This document shows positions 28,728 through 36,617 of a stretch of DNA of 64,000 nucleotides, one piece after another. The notes under the pieces are model-generated. The model saw nothing but the letters and a program-made list of their open reading frames with translations. It was not told the DNA's origin and did no database searches. Origin of the DNA: Lewinellaceae bacterium (GTDB taxonomy: Bacteria; Bacteroidota; Bacteroidia; Chitinophagales; Saprospiraceae); the NCBI GenBank assembly GCA_016711435.1, contig JADJSY010000083.1:107993-171992 (forward strand). The letters are read 5' to 3'. A program made the position numbers and the translations under genes. Position 1 is the stretch's first letter, and the number at the start of each line of letters is the position of its first letter.

Positions 28728-29813
28728 TTATTTCTGTGCTCTGCTGACTAACCAGATCGCTATAATGCTGAAGAATATGTTGGGAATCCACATACCGAGG
28801 ATGACCGGAACCGTACCGCTGATGGCAAAGGAAACGGCAAATTTGGACAACAGGATAAACGAAGCTCCAATGCCGATGCCCAGCGCCAGGTGCAGGCCCA
28901 TTCCGCCGCGTACTTTCCGACCGGCCACAGCCAACCCGATAATGGTCAGGATAATATTGGTAAAAGCATCGGCCGTTCGGCGTTGCATTTCGATTTCGTA
29001 ACTTCTGTTGGCGATACCGCGGCTTCGGTCGCGCTCGATGGCGGTCAGCAGTTCGCCGGTTGTCATCGCCTGGTTCTGGTTCTGGTAGTACACAAAATCC
29101 TGTGGCGCCAGGTTGATGGCTGTGTCGAGCGGGGTGTTGTAACGCTTATAACTTTCCCGAAGTCCGTCGAAAGTGCGCACGGAATAATTGTTGAGTTCCC
29201 AGCGCTGTATATCCGGTTTCCATTTCATGTTATCGGCCTCCAGAATACTCGCAATGCGGTTGTTGACCAGTTTTTCCAAACGCAGTCCGGTACCGGATTG
29301 GCTAAGTTTATTGTACCCCCGGATGTACACTTTCGTATCGGGCGACACCAGAAAATGCACATTGGAGCTGCGACCTTTTTCCTGATCCGTCCAGACGAAC
29401 GTATTTTCAAAATATAATTTCCAAACGTTGGTATAGGGAGTGACCACGTGGTTGAGCAAGAGGTGTACGGCAACGACAATGCTGCCGGCAATCATGTATG
29501 GGCGCAGCAAACGGCCAAAACTGACTCCCGCATTCAACACCGACAATATTTCGGAGTTAAACGCCAATCGGGACGTAAAAAAGACGACGCCAATCAGGGT
29601 ATATAGTGGCAGTAACAAACCCGCCATGTGGAGTGTGAAGCCTGTGTAATAAGCCAGAATGTCTTTCCAGGTACAGGGCTTTTCAATGATGGATTGCACC
29701 TTGTCGCTGAAATCGATGGCCACGGTTATCAGGGTGCAAATCAGGAGAGAGAAAAGCACCGTAGCCAGGTATTGCCGAATAAAATATTGATCCAGTACCT
29801 TGATTTTCAGCAT
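28728..29813 (-). CDS. LptF/LptG (YjgP/YjgQ) family permease
   Basis: 361 aa. 3+3 TM helices flanking a periplasmic beta-jellyroll-like segment. N-terminal LDQYFIRQYL motif. Confidence 0.8.
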   Translation of the reverse strand: MLKIKVLDQYFIRQYLATVLFSLLICTLITVAIDFSDKVQSIIEKPCTWKDILAYYTGFTLHMAGLLLPLYTLIGVVFFTSRLAFNSEILSVLNAGVSFGRLLRPYMIAGSIVVAVHLLLNHVVTPYTNVWKLYFENTFVWTDQEKGRSSNVHFLVSPDTKVYIRGYNKLSQSGTGLRLEKLVNNRIASILEADNMKWKPDIQRWELNNYSVRTFDGLRESYKRYNTPLDTAINLAPQDFVYYQNQNQAMTTGELLTAIERDRSRGIANRSYEIEMQRRTADAFTNIILTIIGLAVAGRKVRGGMGLHLALGIGIGASFILLSKFAVSFAISGTVPVILGMWIPNIFFSIIAIWLVSRAQK

Positions 29814-29817
29814 GTTG

Positions 29818-30537
29818 TTATTTTGCCCAGAGGTTATATTTCAGGATGCAGTAAATGGCCCGAAACCCGTCTTTTGCGCCGATTTTTTTGCCTTCGGCAT
29901 AAGAACGGCCATAGTATGAGATACCAACTTCATAAATCCGTATGGCGGGAATGCGGCTGATTTTGGCGGTTACTTCCGGCTCAAAGCCAAAACGTTTTTC
30001 CCGAAGATTCAATCCTTTCAGAATATCTGCCTTGAATAATTTGTAGCAGGTTTCCATATCCGTCAGGTTCAGATTGGTAAACATATTGGAAGTAAACGTC
30101 AGAAACTTGTTTCCGATGCTATGCCAGAAAAATAAAATACGGTGCGGCCGACCACCCATGAAGCGGGATCCGTAGACGACATCGGCATAACCATCCAGAA
30201 TCGAACGCAACAGGATATTATACTCCGCCGGATCGTATTCCAGATCGGCATCCTGAATGATGATGTATTGCCCTGAAGCATACTGAATACCCGTATGCAA
30301 GGCGGCGCCTTTTCCTTTATTCACTTCGTGTTTTTGATAGCGAATATTGAGTTCCGGATTGGCATCCATATATCGTTTGATGGCGCCTTCCGTATCGTCT
30401 TTTGAGCAGTCGTTGGTAATGATAATTTCTTTCTGTATGCCGCCGATCAATTCCACCCCTTTTATTTTATCGAGGATTCGATGGATGGTTCGCTCTTCGT
30501 TGTAGGCGGGAATAACAATAGACAAAGTGTCAGGCAT
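29818..30537 (-). CDS. Family 2 glycosyltransferase
   Basis: LSIVIPAYNEE, ITNDCSKDDT, and IIIQDADLEYDP (DxD) motifs. Confidence 0.85.
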   Translation of the reverse strand: MPDTLSIVIPAYNEERTIHRILDKIKGVELIGGIQKEIIITNDCSKDDTEGAIKRYMDANPELNIRYQKHEVNKGKGAALHTGIQYASGQYIIIQDADLEYDPAEYNILLRSILDGYADVVYGSRFMGGRPHRILFFWHSIGNKFLTFTSNMFTNLNLTDMETCYKLFKADILKGLNLREKRFGFEPEVTAKISRIPAIRIYEVGISYYGRSYAEGKKIGAKDGFRAIYCILKYNLWAK

Positions 30538-30540
30538 GGT

Positions 30541-30625
30541 TAAGTAGTTATTCGTTATTAGTTATCGGCTATTTGTGTTGATAATCAATCATTTGCAAAT
30601 AATTTAGCCAAAACTAATTTTGCTT
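30541..30625. repeat. G-family intergenic cassette (full copy)
   Basis: gtagttattcgttattagttatcgg...gtgTTGATAATCAAtcaTTTGcaaataatttagccaaaacTAATTTTG. Begins 3 nt from the GT2 start codon. Confidence 0.85.
30592..30622 (+). promoter_or_regulatory. Candidate Bacteroidetes-type promoter (-33 TTTG, 19-nt spacer, -7 TAATTTTG) inside G cassette
   Basis: TTTG at 30592-30595 and TAATTTTG at 30615-30622. The complementary strand reads TAGTTTTG (30609-30616), facing the GT2 gene. Confidence 0.35.
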
Positions 30626-30676
30626 GATTACTTATAATTTCAGGTAAAGACAAGAATTGGAGGGTAAAGGTACACC

Positions 30677-30921
30677 GTTTTTGGTGTTTCGTTTTTGGTG
30701 TTTGGGGGCGCATTGCCTTTGGCAACAGTGGGCATGACGGCCATAGAGTAGTTCAGGCGAAGCGGCCCAAACACCAAACACCAAAAACGAACCACCAAAA
30801 ACGGCCAAAGGCGCAGCGGCCCAAACACGAAACACCAAACACTAAATACCATACACTAAATACCAAAATGGCCAAGGGCGGAGCGCCCCAAACACCAAAC
30901 ACCACACACGAAACACCAAAT
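30677..30921. repeat. H-family cluster: one inverted plus three direct units
   Basis: Inverted unit at 30677-30742 (gtttttggtgtttcg...gcattgcctttggcaacagtgggcatgacggcc). Direct units start near 30755, 30803 and 30870, each with (g)gcc..ggcg.agcg(g/c)cccaaacac.aaacaccaaac. Confidence 0.9.
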
Positions 30922-31050
30922 CTGCGAAATTTGAAAAGTTTAACTAAAAATTATCCCGGAGGCAGAAACTTAATCGGTTTAACCTACGTTAATTTATTTG
31001 TAATCAACGAATTAACCCATTCTTAATAATCACACAAACTACTCTGCCCA

Positions 31051-31224
31051 ATGGCTCGTCGTATCTATAAATTCCGCCGCTTATGGCGCAAATCCCCACG
31101 TCTTGCAATGGCCTATCTTCGTCGTAAAATGACCCGTCAGGCCAAACGCATCATCACAGTCGATGAATGGAATATCAACTGGCTCGGTGAAGAAATGCGG
31201 CCGTTCAACAGCCTGAGACACTAA
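31051..31224 (+). CDS. Hypothetical small basic protein (57 aa), below ORF-track cutoff
   Basis: ATG at 31051, TAA at 31222-31224. Sequence MARRIYKFRRLWRKSPRLAMAYLRRKMTRQAKRIITVDEWNINWLGEEMRPFNSLRH. Followed by an intrinsic terminator. No homology recognised. Confidence 0.35.
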   Translation: MARRIYKFRRLWRKSPRLAMAYLRRKMTRQAKRIITVDEWNINWLGEEMRPFNSLRH

Positions 31225-31250
31225 CGTAAATGGCAAAGCGCATTCAAAAA

Positions 31251-31277
31251 AACCTTCCTGTCCGGAGGGTTTTTTTA
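31251..31277 (+). terminator. Rho-independent terminator
   Basis: Stem aaccttcc / ggagggtt (one G-U pair), 5-nt loop, then T7 run. Lies 27 nt after the small ORF stop. Confidence 0.6.
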
Positions 31278-31353
31278 TTTTAATCCAACCACATTGTTCG
31301 TTTCGTGTTAAAACGCTATCCTTGCAATTCTTGCGAACATTGATTCAATAAAC

Positions 31354-32394
31354 ATGAAATACATCTCCCTGCTTTCCCTCCTGTTACTTGTTGCCGCCTG
31401 TCAAAAAACAGATAAAAAAACGGATGTGGCTCCTGCCGCTGCTAAAACAGGTCTTGTTGTATCTGCTGTAGAAGGTTATACAGTGAAACCCAGCGTTTTA
31501 ACCGAAAACGTCACCACCAGCGGCAGCATTCTGGCTGCTGAAGAAACGGAACTCCACCCCGAATCCTCCGGCCGTGTCGTCCGCCTCAATTTACCGGAAG
31601 GGCGCAGCGTCCGAAAAGGAGAATTGCTGTTGAAAATCTTTGATGAAGATTTGAAATCGCAACTGCGCAAATTAGAAACCCAAATAAAACAGGCGGAAAT
31701 CACCGAACAAAGGCTGGCCGACCTGCTCAAAGTGAAAGGGGTGAGCCAGCAGGAGTACGATCTCGCCGTGCTGCAAACGCAGACCCTGCGCAGCGAGATG
31801 GAACTGACTAAAATAAATATTGATAAAACAGAGCTGCGGGCGCCTTACGACGGCATCATCGGACTTCGGAATATCAGTCCGGGCGCGTATGTGACGCCTG
31901 CTACGGCGGTGACAGTACTTCGCTCCGCAACGGCGCTCAAGCTGGATTTTTCCGTGCCCGAAAAATACAGCCGGCTGCTGCGAAGCGGACAAACGGTCAC
32001 TTTTAAGGTAGAAGGCAGTGCTGCCGACTACACGGCTGTGGTGCAGGCTACGGAACAAAGTATCCAGGCCGACTCCCGCAACCTGCGCGTAAGGGCATTG
32101 GTTCGGAATGGCAAAGGGCTGCTGCCCGGCTCTTTCGCAGAGGTAAACCTGGCATTGGGCGAAAAACAGAAGGCATTATTGATTCCAAATCAGGCAGTTA
32201 TACCACAGGCCCGCGATAAAAAAGTAATTGTAAGCAAAGGTGGCAAAGCACAGTTTGTAACCATAAAAACCGGGGTACGCCAGGCTGGAATGATCGAAAT
32301 TACAGAAGGCCTTCAAATTGGCGATACCATTTGTACCACCGGTATTCTCTTTTTACGCCCCGGTTCGGCTGTGACTTTTTCTAAAGTTGACTGA
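31354..32394 (+). CDS. Efflux transporter periplasmic adaptor subunit (RND/HlyD-type MFP), lipoprotein
   Basis: Lipobox LLVAAC|Q. Barrel-sandwich/hairpin pattern (GEL..KI.DEDL, coiled-coil, LRAPYDGIIG). 346 aa. Confidence 0.85.
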   Translation: MKYISLLSLLLLVAACQKTDKKTDVAPAAAKTGLVVSAVEGYTVKPSVLTENVTTSGSILAAEETELHPESSGRVVRLNLPEGRSVRKGELLLKIFDEDLKSQLRKLETQIKQAEITEQRLADLLKVKGVSQQEYDLAVLQTQTLRSEMELTKINIDKTELRAPYDGIIGLRNISPGAYVTPATAVTVLRSATALKLDFSVPEKYSRLLRSGQTVTFKVEGSAADYTAVVQATEQSIQADSRNLRVRALVRNGKGLLPGSFAEVNLALGEKQKALLIPNQAVIPQARDKKVIVSKGGKAQFVTIKTGVRQAGMIEITEGLQIGDTICTTGILFLRPGSAVTFSKVD

Positions 32395-33569
32395 TGCGCG
32401 TGGGAGCTTTTACAAGTTTTTACCGTCATCATATTGCCCGGTCTATAGGGCTTGTTTTTGCCGCAACCGGATTGCTGTATGGCACCTGGTCGGCACTGAT
32501 TCCATTTGTAAAAGAAAAGTTCGGACTGGATGAAGCGCAGCTGGGCTTACTTCTTTTATCGCTTCCTGCGGGTGTAACAATTATGAACCCTTTCGCCGTG
32601 CCTATTTTACACCGGTTCGGAGCGCCCAAAACAGCGCTTTTTTCGTTGGCCCTGGCATCAGTATTATTTGTGGCGCCTCTGACGGCCACTTCCGTCTGGT
32701 TGTTGGCCGTTTCGCTTTTTTTTGCCGGCGCGGCATTTTCTACCACCAATGTTGCTATGAATACCTGTTCCACCATGTTGGAAGGTCAGCAACAAATACG
32801 TATCATGTCTACCTGCCACGGTTTGTGGTCGGCAGGAGCCATGTCGGGTTCGGCGCTCGCAAGTGTTTTCACCGGCTTGGGTATATTGCCGTTGCTGTAC
32901 AGTTCCATTGTTGCAGGTTTATTAGTATCCGTTGCGCTGTTGTTGCGCAGGCCGCTGCAATTTTTGCGGGAAATCAGGCAGGACGGAGATGAAACTGCGC
33001 CCGTCGGCAAAAAATTTACTTTTCCCAATGCCCTGCTTTGGAGTTTGATTGTTATTAGTCTTTGTACCAACCTGGCAGAGGGTACTATGGCCGACTGGTC
33101 AGCAGTGTATATGAAAGAAGTTTTGGCATCTCCACCTTATATGATCGGCTGGGGATTTGCCTCCTACGCATTTTTTATGGCCGGCGGTCGTTTTGTAGGC
33201 GATGGACTGCTGGTGCGATATGGCGAGCGGGTCGTACTGATGGGCGGCGGGATCGTCGCAGCCATCGGTTTATTGTTGCCAGTCATTTTCCAAAATACAG
33301 GCGTGGCACTGCTGGGTTTTGCTATGGTGGGCGCCGGGGTTTCATTGGGCGCCCCTGTTCTTTACGGCGCTTCATCCCGTGTGCCGGGCATGGCGCCTGG
33401 CGCAGGATTGGCAACCATGAATACCTTTGCAATGGCCGGATTTCTGGGAGGCCCTGCACTGATCGGTTTTATTGCCAAATACTGGAGCCTTCCGGCCGCT
33501 TTTGCGCTGGTATCTTGCGCGGCCCTGTTCTGGGCCTGGCGGGCGCGACAAACGGTGGCGATCAAGTAG
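32394..33569 (+). CDS. MFS transporter (12 TM)
   Basis: 391 aa, hydrophobic throughout in a 6+6 pattern. ATG overlaps the adaptor stop (TGATG at 32392-32396). Confidence 0.8.
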   Translation: MRVGAFTSFYRHHIARSIGLVFAATGLLYGTWSALIPFVKEKFGLDEAQLGLLLLSLPAGVTIMNPFAVPILHRFGAPKTALFSLALASVLFVAPLTATSVWLLAVSLFFAGAAFSTTNVAMNTCSTMLEGQQQIRIMSTCHGLWSAGAMSGSALASVFTGLGILPLLYSSIVAGLLVSVALLLRRPLQFLREIRQDGDETAPVGKKFTFPNALLWSLIVISLCTNLAEGTMADWSAVYMKEVLASPPYMIGWGFASYAFFMAGGRFVGDGLLVRYGERVVLMGGGIVAAIGLLLPVIFQNTGVALLGFAMVGAGVSLGAPVLYGASSRVPGMAPGAGLATMNTFAMAGFLGGPALIGFIAKYWSLPAAFALVSCAALFWAWRARQTVAIK

Positions 33570-33735
33570 TTTGATGGTTTGAGAAGGTTTGATGGTTTGA
33601 AAAGTTTGATGGTTTGAGGTGGTAACTCATGGCTTACAGGTTACCACCTCAAACCATCAAACTTTTCAAACCATCAAACCTTCTCAAACCATCAAACCCC
33701 TTCAAACCATCAAACTTTCTCAAACCACTCAACCA
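33570..33735. repeat. B-family palindromic element (copy 1)
   Basis: Core ggtggtaac (33618-33626), loop tcatggcttacag, gttaccacc (33640-33648). Left arm has 3 tttgatggtttga words. Right arm has 5 caaaccatcaaac words at 17-18-nt period. Starts at the base after the MFS stop. Confidence 0.9.
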
Positions 33736-33743
33736 ACAGCACT

Positions 33744-34409
33744 TTGCAGATTATTTTTGAAGATTATTACCTGTTAGCGATCAACAAGCCGGGCGGACTT
33801 TCGTCCGAGAGCGGAAAAGAGCGGCACCCATCGGCGGAGCAGGAGGCATTGATGTATTTTACCCAGCAATTGCAAAAAAACTCCAGCTCCAAACGGCTCA
33901 AAGAAACGCCCTACCTGCGGGCGGTACACCGGCTCGACCGGGCTTCGAGCGGTGTGCTGGTATTTGCCAAAACAAAACTGGCGCTTTCTGCGCTCATGTT
34001 GCAGTTTGAACAACGCAGTGTCGAAAAAGTATACCAGGCCGTGGTAGAAAAACGCCCGACCGAACCGGCGGGGCATCTGGTCCACTGGCTCCTGAAGGAC
34101 GAGAGCGGCCGGAAAGCGCTGATCTCCGAAAAACAGCTACGGGATAGTCAACACTGCATTTTGGACTATATCACCCTGCCATCGGAGGATAAAACCATCC
34201 TGCTGGAATTACACCCTCAAACGGGCCGTTTTCACCAGATTCGCGCCCAATTGGCGCATATTGGATGCCCGATCGTGGGCGATATCCTGTATGGCGGAAA
34301 GCCCTGGCGCGAGCATCAGATTAAACTGCATGCGCAGCGGCTGCGTTTTAAACACCCCAAAACGGGCGAAGAGATGACCCTGGAGGCGCCGTTGCCCGAG
34401 GGTTTCTGA
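33744..34409 (+). CDS. RluA-family pseudouridine synthase
   Basis: TTG start. IIFEDYYLLAINKPGGL, HRLDRASSGVLVFAK catalytic Asp motif, HQIRAQLA. Confidence 0.8.
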   Translation: MQIIFEDYYLLAINKPGGLSSESGKERHPSAEQEALMYFTQQLQKNSSSKRLKETPYLRAVHRLDRASSGVLVFAKTKLALSALMLQFEQRSVEKVYQAVVEKRPTEPAGHLVHWLLKDESGRKALISEKQLRDSQHCILDYITLPSEDKTILLELHPQTGRFHQIRAQLAHIGCPIVGDILYGGKPWREHQIKLHAQRLRFKHPKTGEEMTLEAPLPEGF

Positions 34410-34412
34410 GTG

Positions 34413-34469
34413 GAAAAGGCAAAAAGCAAAGGACAAAGGGCAAAAACATGCCTGGTATTTTGCTTTTTG
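34413..34469. repeat. J-family word block (CAAAGG/GCAAAAA words), partial palindrome
   Basis: gaaaaggcaaaaagcaaaggacaaagggcaaaaacatgcctggtattttgctttttg. Related word blocks at 1036-1060, 5822-5849, 35794-35885 and 45969-45992. Confidence 0.55.
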
Positions 34470-34526
34470 AAATAGCCGGTACACAAGATTTGAGACTTCT
34501 GCTCGTTTTAAGCGTCTTTTAGGTCT

Positions 34527-35792
34527 ATGAAAATATTACTGTTTTGCTGCGCTGTTTTGTTTTACCCGGTTTTACTTGTTGCTCAAAGTGAAACGGAAAA
34601 CAGTGTTTTCGACGAAGACATCCGAACGGTACAACTGCAATTAGCGGGATCGCCGCTGTCGTTGCCGATGGTGGATTTGCCCACCCGCTTCAATTCCCTG
34701 ATACTCGATTTTGACCATATCGGCGACGAAATCAAGGACTATAAGTACACGATTGTGCATTGCAATAGCGACTGGCAACCTTCTGAACTGGTTGATAATC
34801 AGTACATGGACGGTTTTCTGGAAGATCGTATCACGCTGGTGGAAAGTTCCTTCAATACCCTGACGCAGTACACACATTACAGGCTCCCGCTTCCCAACAG
34901 CAATATACGCTGGAGTAAGTCGGGCAATTATCTGCTGAAGGTATTTGATGCCGATGAAGACGACGAACTGGTATTGGTGCGGCGTTTTATGGTAGTGGAA
35001 CCCATCTGGCGCATTTCGGCGCAGTTTGTCAGAACGGCCAAAGTAGACAAATACAATACCCACCATGAAATTGATTTTCTGGTGAAACCCAAAGGTGAAC
35101 GTATTTCCAACCCGCAAAACGACGTAAAGGCTTTTGTTTTACAAAATGGCCGCTGGGACAATGCCATCGGGCCGCTAAAGCCCTATATCACCCGCGGCGA
35201 AGACATCGTGTACGATTACCAGGATCAGATTGTTTTTCCGGCAGGCAAGGAATTCCGCTTTTTTGATATGCGCACCCTCGATGTTCGCGGCGAACGGGTA
35301 AAAATCATTACTGAAAAATATGATTATTACGAAGTGACCCTTCAACGTGACGAATCGCGTTTTGACCGCGCTGCCATATTCCGGGAAGACGCCGACGGGC
35401 GTTTTGTGATCGATAACCGCCATTACAACCAATCACTTTTGCAATGCGATTACGCAAATGTATTGTTTTCCGTCAGCCGGAATGCGCCCTTAGACGATGA
35501 AGATATTTACGTATTCGGCGAACTGACAGACTGGCAACTCAAACCGGAATTCAAGATGGTGTATAATGCTGAAGCCCAGGCATATTATTGCGAAGCGTTC
35601 CTCAAACAGGGTTATTACAACTATCAGTATATGCTGGTCGATCGGGCAAGCGGCGAACTCGATTCGGAAGGATTTGAGGGCAACTGGTATGAAACGGGCA
35701 ATCAGTATACCGTGCTGGTTTATTTCCGGCCTTTTGGTACCCGGTACGACCGGCTGATGGGCGCGGCTACTTTAAAAAGCGGCAGACCGTAG
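34527..35792 (+). CDS. DUF5103 / T9SS Plug-like protein
   Basis: Signal peptide ...LLVA|QSE. IRTVQL...LDFDHIGDEIKDYKYTIVHCNSDWQPS and KSGNYLLKVF match my recollection of the DUF5103 (T9SS_plug) family. 421 aa, typical length. Confidence 0.6.
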   Translation: MKILLFCCAVLFYPVLLVAQSETENSVFDEDIRTVQLQLAGSPLSLPMVDLPTRFNSLILDFDHIGDEIKDYKYTIVHCNSDWQPSELVDNQYMDGFLEDRITLVESSFNTLTQYTHYRLPLPNSNIRWSKSGNYLLKVFDADEDDELVLVRRFMVVEPIWRISAQFVRTAKVDKYNTHHEIDFLVKPKGERISNPQNDVKAFVLQNGRWDNAIGPLKPYITRGEDIVYDYQDQIVFPAGKEFRFFDMRTLDVRGERVKIITEKYDYYEVTLQRDESRFDRAAIFREDADGRFVIDNRHYNQSLLQCDYANVLFSVSRNAPLDDEDIYVFGELTDWQLKPEFKMVYNAEAQAYYCEAFLKQGYYNYQYMLVDRASGELDSEGFEGNWYETGNQYTVLVYFRPFGTRYDRLMGAATLKSGRP

Positions 35793-35793
35793 T

Positions 35794-35885
35794 AAAAAGG
35801 TAAAGGGCAAAATTGCAAAGAGCAAAAAGCAATGTAAGTCATTGATTCACATTGCTTTTTGCCCTTTGTTATTTTGCCTTTTTTA
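35794..35885. repeat. J-family imperfect palindrome
   Basis: aaaaaggtaaagggcaaaattgcaaagagcaaaaagcaatgt - loop aagtcattgattc - acattgctttttgccctttgttattttgccttttt. Confidence 0.8.
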
Positions 35886-35914
35886 ATTAACAATTAACGC
35901 CGCATCTTTGCACT

Positions 35915-36559
35915 ATGATTCGCATTTTTATCGCTGATGACCACGTCATGTTTGCAGAAGGCGTGGAAAGTTTATTGGTAGGTGAGCCGGACTTTTTGCT
36001 GACCGGCAAAGCCGGCACGGCTGCCGACACCCTCCAGCACGTCCGGCTGAATCCGCCGGATGTTATATTGCTGGACATCAACCTGCCTGATCAGTCGGGG
36101 CTGGAGGTCTGCAAAGTATTGCGGGAAGAACTGCCCGATTTGAAAATTCTGGTGCTGTCCATGTTCAGTGAAGAAAGTTATATCACGGCCATGCTGGGCC
36201 TCGGCGCGCAGGGTTATTTATTAAAAAACACCGGCAAAACAGAACTCTGTACCGCCATTCGCACCCTGGTTGCAGGCAAAACGTATTTCTGCCAGGAAGT
36301 GACCGATGTGGTTATGCGTGGACTGATGCAAAGCAGGACGGCTTCTACCGCCAAAGAAAATCCCAAAATCAGCCGGCGGGAAAAAGAAGTTTTGCGATTG
36401 ATCGTTGAAGAAAGAACCACGCAGGAGATCGCTACGGAATTATTTATTTCTGAAAAAACAGTGGAAAGCCACCGGGCTGCCCTGCTTGCCAAACTCGGCG
36501 CCCGAAACACCGCCGGCCTGGTGAAATCTGCCCTGCAACTCAAATTGCTGGAAGATTAG
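35915..36559 (+). CDS. Response regulator, NarL/LuxR family
   Basis: REC domain (IFIADDH, LLDINLPD, KILVLS) plus C-terminal LuxR HTH (SRREKEVL.LI..E.T.QEIA..LFISEKTVE.HR). Confidence 0.9.
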   Translation: MIRIFIADDHVMFAEGVESLLVGEPDFLLTGKAGTAADTLQHVRLNPPDVILLDINLPDQSGLEVCKVLREELPDLKILVLSMFSEESYITAMLGLGAQGYLLKNTGKTELCTAIRTLVAGKTYFCQEVTDVVMRGLMQSRTASTAKENPKISRREKEVLRLIVEERTTQEIATELFISEKTVESHRAALLAKLGARNTAGLVKSALQLKLLED

Positions 36560-36617
36560 GGAAACGACAAAATTGCCAAAATCAAAGCACGGCCCGCGCT
36601 TCAAATTCCTCATACGT

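Noticed and set aside
30632-30852. ORFs translated from repeat DNA: 30632..30838, 30640..30852, 27530..27808, 45556..45741 and 45692..45892.
   Set aside because: They are read-throughs of the H and B repeat arms (FGVW/KHQT-type periodic peptides). They have no independent coding evidence.
30677-30921. Possible CRISPR array, because of regularly spaced repeats.
   Set aside because: The units are 50-65 bp, degenerate, partly inverted and directly abutting, with no unique spacers. No cas genes are in the window.
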